NCBI GenBank assembly: GCA_038060705.1
Contig: JBBTFS010000016.1
Span: 8,960-72,959, forward strand
DNA length: 64,000 bases
DNA from: Gemmatimonadota bacterium
GTDB lineage: Bacteria > Gemmatimonadota > Gemmatimonadetes > Gemmatimonadales > Gemmatimonadaceae
Direction: 5' to 3'
Both the position numbers and the translations under genes were made by a program. The notes under the pieces were generated by a model, which was not told the DNA's origin, did no database searches, and saw nothing but the letters and a program-made list of their open reading frames with translations. The stretch's first letter is position 1, and every line of letters begins with the position of its first letter. Below, piece after piece: positions 9,815 to 17,748 of the stretch.

Positions 9815-10814
9815 CCGCGCGCTCACCGGCTTTCCGCAAGTCAAGCAACGTGCGCCACCATGCGGCGAGCATCGCATCCACGCCGATTCGTCCCGCGGCG
9901 CTGATCGCGAAGATGCCGATGGCGTCGGGGGCGTCGATCGGAGGCGGTTCGGATTCGCCCAACAAGTCCATCTTCGTGAAAACGACGCAGTGTGGCTTCT
10001 CGGCCAACGCCTGAGAGTACGCGGCAATTTCAGCGCGGAGTTGATCGTACTCCGCCTGCCAGTCCATGGAGTCCACTGGGATCATGAACGCCAGCACGCG
10101 CGTGCGCTCGATGTGTCGGAGAAACTGAAGTCCGAGTCCCTTCCCCTCGTGCGCACCCTCGATGATGCCCGGAATATCCGCGACGACAAACGTTCGGCCG
10201 TCACTGAGTTGCACCACGCCAAGGTTCGGGGTGAGCGTCGTGAACGGATAGTCCGCGATCTTGGGCCGCGCCGCCGAAACCAGCGACAGCAATGTCGATT
10301 TGCCGACGTTCGGCTGGCCGACCAAGCCGATGTCCGCGATGAGCTTGAGCTCGAGCTCGACGATCCGCGCCTGACCGTCCTCGCCGGGCTGGAACTCGCG
10401 TGGACTCTGGTGCGTTGACGTTTGAAAGAACGTGTTGCCCCTGCCGCCACGGCCGCCCTTGGCGATCAACTTGGTGTCACCGTCCCCCATGACCTCGGCG
10501 ATGATCTCGCCGGTGTCGACGTCGCGCACGATCGTGCCGGGCGGCACCGGCAGGATGACGTCTTCTCCCGAACGTCCGGTCTTGTTGTTGCCGGAGCCGT
10601 TGTCGCCGTCCTGGGCACGCCAGGAATCGCGATAAGTGTAGTCGAGGAGAGTGGCGAGATTGGCGTTCGCCTTCACGATCAGATCGCCCCCTCGGCCGCC
10701 ATCGCCGCCATTCGGTCCTCCCATCGGCTTGAATTTCTCCCGGAGGAACGATGAGATACCGGACCCGCCGTTCCCCGCCTTGAGCCTGATGCGCGCCCGG
10801 TCGATGAACGTCAT
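9792..10814 (-). CDS. obg: GTPase Obg/CgtA
   Basis: MTFIDRARIRLKAGNGGSG (Obg fold) followed by G1 GQPNVGKST, G3 DIPGIIEGA and G4 TKMD. Start trimmed to ATG 10812-10814 (ATGA overlap with the upstream gene). Confidence 0.93.
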   Translation of the reverse strand: MTFIDRARIRLKAGNGGSGISSFLREKFKPMGGPNGGDGGRGGDLIVKANANLATLLDYTYRDSWRAQDGDNGSGNNKTGRSGEDVILPVPPGTIVRDVDTGEIIAEVMGDGDTKLIAKGGRGGRGNTFFQTSTHQSPREFQPGEDGQARIVELELKLIADIGLVGQPNVGKSTLLSLVSAARPKIADYPFTTLTPNLGVVQLSDGRTFVVADIPGIIEGAHEGKGLGLQFLRHIERTRVLAFMIPVDSMDWQAEYDQLRAEIAAYSQALAEKPHCVVFTKMDLLGESEPPPIDAPDAIGIFAISAAGRIGVDAMLAAWWRTLLDLRKAGERADERTPLP

Positions 10815-11437
10815 GCGGCGATCCGGGTCCACAGGCGCGTGGCGCGTTCGTGCGAGTCGCGCGGAATCATGTCGGCGAGCGATGCCAGGGTTGCCGAAAT
10901 CACTGAGTCGGCCACGCCCACGTTGCGCGCACCGTGCAGGTGTGATTGCAGTTGCCGATCCTGCCCGGTGGCGGCGCACGCGGCGACGATGCAAATCTCG
11001 CGTCGCCCGAGGTCGAGGGCGGGACGACTCAGCACCTTTCCGTAGCCTTCGGTGATCATCCACTCGTCGAGCCGTGGGTGCAGCGCTTTGATGTTCTCGC
11101 GCAAGCGCTCGTACATGCCACCGTACACGCGAGCGCACGTTGTCTCACCCGCATCAGCGAAGGCGTCGTTGGGCGTAACCGTGCCGGACGCCGGCTTCGG
11201 TGCCAAGCGCCGCCATTCACGCATCCCGTTGAGTGCGCGTGGGAATCCGGCGAACAAATAAGTCTGCAGAAGCAGTTCCTCTATCCAGTCATGTGGAGTT
11301 GGGCCCATGGCCCGTTGCAGCGCACCGCGAACGTCTTCCTCGGACCCCGACGCCAGTGACGCCGAGAGCCGCACCAACGCGCGCGTGGCGTCATCCAGGT
11401 GCACAAGTGTGGCACCGACCGGGGTTTCGTGTGGCAT
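10811..11437 (-). CDS. Carboxymuconolactone decarboxylase (AhpD-like) family protein
   Basis: About 208 aa from MPHETPVG. Two-repeat CMD-like helical pattern (…YLFAGFPRALN… / …REICIVAACAATGQDRQLQSHLHGARNVG…). The specific function is unknown. Confidence 0.65.
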   Translation of the reverse strand: MPHETPVGATLVHLDDATRALVRLSASLASGSEEDVRGALQRAMGPTPHDWIEELLLQTYLFAGFPRALNGMREWRRLAPKPASGTVTPNDAFADAGETTCARVYGGMYERLRENIKALHPRLDEWMITEGYGKVLSRPALDLGRREICIVAACAATGQDRQLQSHLHGARNVGVADSVISATLASLADMIPRDSHERATRLWTRIAA

Positions 11438-11468
11438 CGCGCGATTGCGCGGCGGAGCGAATTGTTGC

Positions 11469-12458
11469 CTACGAAAGCGGCCGGATCTCGCCCACCGTCT
11501 CGCCGCGCGTGTTGCGCAACTGCCGCGACAGGAACTCGTCCAGCCGCGGGGGCAATTGTGGCGGCAGTGCATCCAGCAGTTGCAGCAAGCGGATCAGTGC
11601 CGGGAACTGCGCGCGCTGGGCTCCGTCTTCCACCTTCACCGCGACGCCGATGCCTTGATCGAGCAGTGCGGCGCAGTGGACGCCTTCCGCACCAATCTTC
11701 GCCACCACCCGGCCGCCGGTCTCCTCGATGAGGATCGAGTCGAACCGATCGGTGCCACCCACCAGGAACGGGCGTGTCTGCATCGCGCCGACGATGCGTT
11801 TGGCGGCGCCGGCGCCGTTCGACGACGCGCAGGCCAGGCGTGCGTACGCCCGAGCCATCTGCTCGAGTGGCATGGCGAACTCCACGACGCCGCAGCCGTC
11901 CACCGCGAGCCCGATCGCATCAGGCGCCAGGCCCGTCCACTTGGCCACCGACTCGAGGCAGCAGCGTTGCACGTCATGCCCGGATCGCTCGTAGCCGAAC
12001 ATCTCCCAGCCCGACGTCCGCGCTGAGGCCAGCATCGCGGCGTGCTTTCCTGAACAGTTGTTGTGCAGGCGCGTCGGCCGCTCGCCCACATCGCGCAGCA
12101 ACTTGGACCCGCGGGTGGACAAGGGTTCGTGTGGGCCGCACGCCAGGTCGCCTTCCTCCAGCCCGATGGCGGACAGCATGCGCTGCGCAATGGCCACGTG
12201 CTCCGGTTCCCCGCCGTGGGACGCGCACGCCAGCGCCAACTCGTCGTCGCCCCATTGGAGTTCGTCGAATCCGCCGGATTCCAGGAGCGGCATGACCTGG
12301 AACGGTTTGGCACACGAACGCCAATGCGTCAGGCGATCGGCTTGGCCGGCACTGCCCGCGAGCTGGTCATTCGCATCCACCACAGCTGCATGAACGCGAT
12401 GCTGCGATTCCACGGCACCGCCTCGCGTCGCTACGACGTCGAGCTGGAACGACTTCAT
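11469..12458 (-). CDS. Asparaginase_II-family protein
   Basis: VESQHRVHAAVVD…WRSCAKPFQVMPLLESGG…ALACASHGGEPEHV…NNCSGKHAAMLA matches the Asparaginase_II family pattern as I recall it. Start ambiguous between ATG 12458 (chosen) and in-frame ATG 12503. Confidence 0.75.
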   Translation of the reverse strand: MKSFQLDVVATRGGAVESQHRVHAAVVDANDQLAGSAGQADRLTHWRSCAKPFQVMPLLESGGFDELQWGDDELALACASHGGEPEHVAIAQRMLSAIGLEEGDLACGPHEPLSTRGSKLLRDVGERPTRLHNNCSGKHAAMLASARTSGWEMFGYERSGHDVQRCCLESVAKWTGLAPDAIGLAVDGCGVVEFAMPLEQMARAYARLACASSNGAGAAKRIVGAMQTRPFLVGGTDRFDSILIEETGGRVVAKIGAEGVHCAALLDQGIGVAVKVEDGAQRAQFPALIRLLQLLDALPPQLPPRLDEFLSRQLRNTRGETVGEIRPLS

Positions 12459-12461
12459 AGT

Positions 12462-12528
12462 CGACTGGACGCCCCCTTCGCGTCGGACCTGCGACAGAAA
12501 CATAGTCGAGGCCCACGGCGTCCAGTCG
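12462..12528 (-). repeat. Perfect 12-bp inverted repeat (CGACTGGACGCC / GGCGTCCAGTCG) bracketing the first of two in-frame ATGs of the downstream gene
   Basis: Arms at 12462-12473 and 12517-12528, read directly. The 9-nt string CATAGTCGA (plus strand) also occurs twice (12456-12464, 12501-12509), each time containing an ATG on the minus strand. Confidence 0.5.
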
Positions 12529-12582
12529 CGGTGATGCGGTGCAGCCGGGCGGCGGTGACCATCCACCGCCACCGCCGTCGCG

Positions 12583-15162
12583 CTATCTCACGGCGAGATA
12601 CAGCGTCGCCAATCCGGTCAGGATAGGCGCCAGCGCCGCCAGCGTCTGCAAGGCGCCGCCCCGATCATTTGCGTCGCGTTGTGGGACGACGACGATGCTG
12701 CCTGGCAGCGGCTTGGGCACATGGTCCCAGAACCACCAGCGCGCCCGCGTCGCCTCGCGCTTGCCACTGGGCTGTGTGACAAATGCGCGCTTATAGTCGG
12801 ATTCGCGCGCCGCTCCGCCTGCCTGATTCACGTAGAATCGCAGGCTTTTGCCGGGTACGTACGCCACGACGTTCGGCGCATTCACCGAACCTCGCACCGT
12901 GACGATCGTGGATCGCTGCGGCACGGTGACCTGATCACCATCCAGCAGCAACATGTTCTCCGGGGACGTGCGGCGACTCATGGCTTGGGGAACGTCAATG
13001 GCGACGCGGATCTCGAGCGGCGCGCGCCCCACATCGCCCTGGCGACGAATGAAGACGGTCCCTTCCGGGTACGCCTCGGCCGTGAAACCGCCGGCACGGT
13101 CGACGATGTCGGCGAGCCGTTCATTGCGGGTCTTGAGGGCATACTGGCCTGGGAACTTCACCTCGCCGGCCAGCGTCACCACGCGCTGCAGCTCCCACGA
13201 CGGCTGCTGCATGATCAGCACGTTGTCGTAGGGCTGCAGTTCGACTTCGGGTGCGCCGTTCGGCTGGGCTGGTAGCCCGGGGGCGCCCAGGTACGCCTCA
13301 CCGGGTTTCCGCTCGAAGAGATACGTGGAATCCAGCGGCACCCGAAGGGTGGCCGCGGTCGCCGAACCGGTACGATCCTGCGGGAGGCGCGCGATTTCCG
13401 CTTCCTTCAGGTAGGCGCCCTCGCGAAGTCCTCCCGCGAGCAGCACGAGATCGCGAATGGTGATGCCACGCCGATAGGGGAACCGCCCGCCCTTGTTCAC
13501 CGCGCCGCCAATGGCCACGTACCGCTCCGGTCGAAAATCCGTGAGCGAGAAGACCTCGATGACGTCGTCTTCCTGAAGCGTAAAGTCCCCAACGACCGCG
13601 CCGCTCGTGTCGCGAAAGACTGCGCGCAATTGGGTTCGCGTCGAATCACCATGCAATCGAGACACAAGCACCTGGCCCAGGTACGCGTCAGGTTTGAGTC
13701 CGCCGGCAACGCGAATCGCCATGGAGACCGTCATCCCGGGAGTAAGCCCCTGCTGTCCCGGGTTCCAGACATCGCCTTCAACGCTGACGGTATTCCGTAC
13801 GCGCTCGGACACCGCAAATACCCGCACCACATCACCACCCGCAAGCGGCACCGCGCTTCCCCCACCGTTCATCAGGTTGCCGGAAGCCACATCGATCGTG
13901 GTGCGTTCGCGCCCGTCACTCGTGCGCTGTCCCGCCGGCAACACGCGCTGGATCTGGACCCGCCGCTGGAGAGCGTCGGAGTTGAATCCGCCAGCGGACG
14001 CCAACAGATCGGCCAGGGTCTCGTTGGGTTTGAGCTCGTAGGTCGCCGGGCGGACGACCTCACCCAGGACACGCACGCGCATGCCACGGGCTGGAACAAA
14101 GACGATGTCCCCCGTTTCGAGGCGCGCGTCCCTGGAAGCGTCACCACGCAGCAGGTAGTCGTACAGGTCCACCGTCGAAACGGTCTTGCCACCGCGCCTG
14201 ATTTGCACTTGTCGAAGCGAACCGTTGGCCGTGGGTCCGCCGGCAGCGTACAGCGATGTCAGGGCGGAGCCGGCACTCGAGACCATGTAACTGCCGGGCC
14301 GTTCCACTTCGCCCAGCACGTAGACCTGGTTCGTGCGCAAACGGCTGACGGAGAGGGAGAATCGCGTCGTTGCGCTGGCTCCACGCCGGATCCCGGAGTA
14401 GACGCGCCCCAGCCGGGAATACAGCACGTCGTTGAGCTGGCCCAGGGTGAGATTCGAGACGGAGACCACGCCGACCTGCGGTATCAGGACGAATCCCTCG
14501 CGCGTGACATCCAGCGCCAGGGACGACTCAACGTCGCCTGTCAGAATAAGCACGAGGCGATCGCCGGGGCCCAGACGGTAGCTGTCATCCACTGGACCCA
14601 GGACGCTCGCTTCCACCCGTGTCGCGCCAGACCGAAACATCTCGAAGCCGAAAATGTTGAAGCCGCTGTCGAGTCTTGCGATGGAATCCTCGACGTCAGC
14701 GCGTACCACCATCCGCCGTGGCTCCCGACGACCCAGCGAGTCAGTGCGGAACAGCGTGTCGCGCGACCGAAGCAGCGAGTCTCGCACGTTCGGCGGAAGG
14801 GTGTCCGTTTGGAGCAACCGCAGCACCGAGACATCAGAACTATCCGCGATGCCAAGTTCCTGAATCGCCGAGTAGAGGTCCGAGGTCGGCGCCTGTGCCG
14901 CCATGCCGGAACCCGGCAAATAGGCGTCGAGCAGGTCTTCCGGGTAGCCTTCCGCCCGCAAACGGGCGTGAATCTGCTCGCGGGTCATCCCGCTGGTGAC
15001 CAAACGCTGGCGCAGCTGCTGCACGAGCTCGGGACGAGCCTGCAACGCGGCCCTTGCCTGCTCGGCGGTCGGCCGTTGCGTCGGCGTCTGTTGAGCAAAC
15101 AGCGCGGGCGCGGAGCACACAGCTCCGCCGGCCAGCACCGGGAACAGCCAGGCAAATCGCAT
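12583..15162 (-). CDS. Large polysaccharide export outer-membrane protein (Wza/Poly_export N-terminal module plus multiple SLBB-type repeats)
   Basis: 859 aa. Signal peptide MRFAWLFPVLAGGAVCSAPALFAQQ. Poly_export-like YRLGPGDRLVLILTGD. Repeated SLBB-like units (…VYVLGEVERPGSY…, …VRVLGEVVRPATYEL…, …VSVEGDVWNPGQQ…, …VAIGGAVNKGGRF…, …VTLAGEVKFPGQYAL…, …VTVRGSVNAPNVV…). Confidence 0.82.
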   Translation of the reverse strand: MRFAWLFPVLAGGAVCSAPALFAQQTPTQRPTAEQARAALQARPELVQQLRQRLVTSGMTREQIHARLRAEGYPEDLLDAYLPGSGMAAQAPTSDLYSAIQELGIADSSDVSVLRLLQTDTLPPNVRDSLLRSRDTLFRTDSLGRREPRRMVVRADVEDSIARLDSGFNIFGFEMFRSGATRVEASVLGPVDDSYRLGPGDRLVLILTGDVESSLALDVTREGFVLIPQVGVVSVSNLTLGQLNDVLYSRLGRVYSGIRRGASATTRFSLSVSRLRTNQVYVLGEVERPGSYMVSSAGSALTSLYAAGGPTANGSLRQVQIRRGGKTVSTVDLYDYLLRGDASRDARLETGDIVFVPARGMRVRVLGEVVRPATYELKPNETLADLLASAGGFNSDALQRRVQIQRVLPAGQRTSDGRERTTIDVASGNLMNGGGSAVPLAGGDVVRVFAVSERVRNTVSVEGDVWNPGQQGLTPGMTVSMAIRVAGGLKPDAYLGQVLVSRLHGDSTRTQLRAVFRDTSGAVVGDFTLQEDDVIEVFSLTDFRPERYVAIGGAVNKGGRFPYRRGITIRDLVLLAGGLREGAYLKEAEIARLPQDRTGSATAATLRVPLDSTYLFERKPGEAYLGAPGLPAQPNGAPEVELQPYDNVLIMQQPSWELQRVVTLAGEVKFPGQYALKTRNERLADIVDRAGGFTAEAYPEGTVFIRRQGDVGRAPLEIRVAIDVPQAMSRRTSPENMLLLDGDQVTVPQRSTIVTVRGSVNAPNVVAYVPGKSLRFYVNQAGGAARESDYKRAFVTQPSGKREATRARWWFWDHVPKPLPGSIVVVPQRDANDRGGALQTLAALAPILTGLATLYLAVR

Positions 15163-15208
15163 GTCGGATCAGTGAAGCGGGTGGCTTGCGCCGTCGCCGG
15201 TGGGCTAG

Positions 15209-15282
15209 TGGTCGCGCAGGGACTCGAACCCCGGACCTCTGGTATGTGAGACCAGCGCTCTAACCAGCTGAGCTACGCGACC
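15209..15282 (-). tRNA. tRNA-Val (anticodon CAC), no encoded CCA
   Basis: The reverse complement folds by hand into a 74-nt cloverleaf: GGTCGCG TA GCTC AGCTGGTTA GAGC G CTGGT CTCACAT ACCAG AGGTC CGGGG TTCGAGT CCCTG CGCGACC A. Confidence 0.88.
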
Positions 15283-15457
15283 GAAACACCGCATTGCGTG
15301 CATGCGCTAATGCGTGTAGGGCCAATAACATAGCGGCACCGGAACGACGTTGCTAGTGAACGACAATTTTTTCGAACCACGTTCAGAAATGGACGACCAA
15401 GGATGTCAAAAGGTACACCCTCAGAAAGTGCTTTGCAATACAAAGCTTGCGCCAACA

Positions 15458-15472
15458 TGTATAATCACGCCA
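15458..15472 (+). promoter_or_regulatory. Candidate extended -10 element (TG-TATAAT) placed so that transcription would start at or next to the ATG of the kinase gene (leaderless mRNA)
   Basis: TGTATAAT at 15458-15465. Six nt (CACGCC) separate it from ATG 15472. It lies in the only clearly AT-rich stretch of this region. No good -35 at 17-bp spacing (TTGCAA sits 21 bp upstream). Confidence 0.35.
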
Positions 15473-16482
15473 TGCCCCTCTCGATCGCCCGGGACCGACT
15501 TCGGACCCTCCTGGACGCCGCCCGCACCAAGCGGGTGCTCGTGATCGGCGACGCGATGCTCGACGAGTATCTCGTCGGCGACGTGGACCGGATCTCGCCC
15601 GAAGCACCGGTGCCGGTGGTGCGGGTGCGGGAGCGACGCCAGGCCCTCGGCGGCGCGGCGAACGTCGCGCAGAACGTCGCCGCAGCCGGTGCGTCGTGTC
15701 GGCTGGTCGCGACGATCGGCTCGGACGCCGCGGGTGAACAGCTCAAAGCCATGTTGGCCAAGGCTGGTATCGCCGGAGACGACCTGGTGCGAGTCGCCCG
15801 CCCCACCACGCGAAAGACGCGCGTCCTGGCGCGGTCCCAGCAACTGGTGCGCGTGGACGAGGAGGATGACCACGACCTGCCGCCGCCTGACCTCGAGCGC
15901 GTTGCCCGGGCGATACAGACTGCCCTCAGCGCTGTCGACGCGGTCATTATCGAGGACTACAACAAGGGGCTATTGGTACCCTCGCTCATCGGCGAGGCGA
16001 TAGCGGCTGCGAAACAGCGCAAGCTCCCGGTTGTCGTCGATCCCAAATACCGGCACTTCTTTGCGTACCGCGGCGCGACAGTGTTCAAGCCCAATCGCCG
16101 CGAATTGGATGCCGCGCTTGGCGCCGCTGTTGACCTCGAGCATCCCGAAGCGATCCCGGCAGCGCTCGAGAAGCTCGACGTCGAGTATTTGCTCCTGACA
16201 CTCGGCGAGCGAGGCATGATGCTGGCCGGTCGTCGCGGCGGCATCGATTCCGTGCCCACTGTGGCGCGCGAGGTATACGACGTTGTCGGCGCGGGCGATA
16301 CGGTCACCGCCTATCTGGCCACCGTGCTGGCCGCCGGCGGCAGCGCGCAAGAAGCCGCGGTGATCGCGAACTTCGCTGCCGGCGTTGAGGTCGGAAAGCT
16401 CGGTGCCGCCACCGTAACGCCGGCCGAGATTCTCGAGGCGTACGACGAGCACGCAACCAGCACGGCGGCTCAATCGTCGTAG
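15472..16482 (+). CDS. rfaE1: D-glycero-beta-D-manno-heptose-7-phosphate kinase (RfaE domain I / HldA-type, kinase domain only)
   Basis: RVLVIGDAMLDEYLVGDVDRISPEAPVPVV is the RfaE/HldE kinase N-terminal signature, with the pfkB C-terminal motif DVVGAGDTVTA. About 336 aa, so no adenylyltransferase domain. Start set at ATG 15472; the 23 upstream codons of the track ORF are AT-rich and atypical. Confidence 0.85.
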   Translation: MPLSIARDRLRTLLDAARTKRVLVIGDAMLDEYLVGDVDRISPEAPVPVVRVRERRQALGGAANVAQNVAAAGASCRLVATIGSDAAGEQLKAMLAKAGIAGDDLVRVARPTTRKTRVLARSQQLVRVDEEDDHDLPPPDLERVARAIQTALSAVDAVIIEDYNKGLLVPSLIGEAIAAAKQRKLPVVVDPKYRHFFAYRGATVFKPNRRELDAALGAAVDLEHPEAIPAALEKLDVEYLLLTLGERGMMLAGRRGGIDSVPTVAREVYDVVGAGDTVTAYLATVLAAGGSAQEAAVIANFAAGVEVGKLGAATVTPAEILEAYDEHATSTAAQSS

Positions 16483-16520
16483 GCGCAGTCGATCGCGCGG
16501 AGCTTTACATTGCAGCCATC

Positions 16521-16594
16521 GGTCCCGTAGCTCAGCCGGTTAGAGCAGGCGACTCATAATCGTCGGGTCGTGGGTTCGAGTCCCACCGGGACCA
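16521..16594 (+). tRNA. tRNA with anticodon CAT (elongator Met or lysidine-modified Ile2), no encoded CCA
   Basis: Hand-folded 74-nt cloverleaf: GGTCCCG TA GCTC AGCCGGTTA GAGC A GGCGA CTCATAA TCGTC GGGTC GTGGG TTCGAGT CCCAC CGGGACC A. The G1-C72 pair argues against an initiator. Confidence 0.88.
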
Positions 16595-16608
16595 CTTCGG
16601 TTGTGCGA

Positions 16609-17748
16609 CTACGGGGTGGTAGGCCGCTCGTAGATGCGCCAGCGGCGATACACTCGCCCGCCCCACGCCTCGATCACTTGACGCATGGGCTGGTTGTTCT
16701 CGAGCACCCATGAGGCCTCAGCGCCGGTCGACCCGTACGCGGTAGCGCGACGCGCCGCCTCATGCATGAACACGGGAAGGATGCTTCCCGCCCGGAATTC
16801 CTCCTTGATGCCCAGCGCCATGATCCGGCCGGTGCGAAGGCGCGACTTGGCCAGCAGCATCCGAACGGCACCGAACGGCAGCAGGCGCCCGGACCGATTG
16901 GCCTTCAGGGGGATGTTGTAGTCGGGAATGCTGAGCATGAATCCCGCCGGCTGGCCCTTGATCTCCGCGATGAACGCGAACTGCGGGATCAACAGCGACT
17001 TGAGATCCTTGGCCATGTGCATGAACTCGCCATGCGACATCGGCACAAAGCCCCAATTCTTCTCCCACGCCGAGTTGTAGACGTCCCAGCAGATCTGTAC
17101 TTCGTCCCAGAAGCGGTTCATCTGTACATCGCGGAACGTGAGCTTGGCGCGCGCGGCGGCGCGCGCCGCCAGTGCGGCCACGCGCTCCGGCGCCTTGAAG
17201 CCCGCCTCCCCATACGGCAACCAGTAGCCGAGGAGGTCCTGCACCGAAGACAATCCGGCGCCCAACATGAGGCCTTCGTAATACGGCGGATTCCAAGTCG
17301 TGAGAAACTGCGGGTGCTGGTCGAAGCCGTCCACGAGCAGGCCACATTCGTAGTTGGTGGACGGGTTCATCGGCCCACGAATGGCGGTCAGCCCTTTCGC
17401 TCGCAGCCACGTTCCCGCCGCCGACACCAATCCCGCCGTCGCGTCCGGATCGTCCGCGGCGTCAAAGAACCCGAAAAAGCCCACGCGATCGCCGTGTGTC
17501 TCGTTGTGCGTGCGGTTCTCGATGGCCGCAATTCGCCCGACTGGCCGGCCGTCGCGCCGCGCAATGAACAGGGCTCGATCCGCTTCGCGGTAGAATGGGT
17601 TGCTCTTGGTGTCCAGGGCGTCGCGCACCATCATTCGCAGCGGCGGAACCCAAAGCGGCGCGTCGGTCAGCGCAGGAATTCGCCACGGCATGTCCACGAA
17701 GTCAGAAACACCACGCCGGCCGTCGGCCCGCACAATTTCCAATGACAT
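16609..17748 (-). CDS. GNAT-fold acyltransferase-like protein of unknown specificity
   Basis: 379 aa. It belongs to a widespread family I recognise by the pattern PW(R/L)xY…P(N/L)WVPPL…NPF…A…F(I/L)A…G…VGRIAAI…H…G…GFFGFF…RGP(M/V)NPSTN(Y/E)ECGLLV(D/E)GF. Usually annotated as N-acetyltransferase, with an uncharacterised substrate. Confidence 0.6.
   Translation of the reverse strand: MSLEIVRADGRRGVSDFVDMPWRIPALTDAPLWVPPLRMMVRDALDTKSNPFYREADRALFIARRDGRPVGRIAAIENRTHNETHGDRVGFFGFFDAADDPDATAGLVSAAGTWLRAKGLTAIRGPMNPSTNYECGLLVDGFDQHPQFLTTWNPPYYEGLMLGAGLSSVQDLLGYWLPYGEAGFKAPERVAALAARAAARAKLTFRDVQMNRFWDEVQICWDVYNSAWEKNWGFVPMSHGEFMHMAKDLKSLLIPQFAFIAEIKGQPAGFMLSIPDYNIPLKANRSGRLLPFGAVRMLLAKSRLRTGRIMALGIKEEFRAGSILPVFMHEAARRATAYGSTGAEASWVLENNQPMRQVIEAWGGRVYRRWRIYERPTTP

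Noticed and set aside
10815-11138. N-terminal extension of the 448-aa obg ORF
   Set aside because: It overlaps the CMD-family gene. The Obg fold begins at MTFIDRARIRLKAGNGGSG.
13630-15249. 539-aa plus-strand ORF
   Set aside because: Antisense to the Wza-like gene, and it runs through the tRNA-Val gene. No motifs.
15273-15458. 61-aa minus-strand ORF in the AT-rich intergenic region
   Set aside because: Atypical composition, no SD, and it lies in a region better explained as divergent promoter space between tRNA-Val and the kinase gene.
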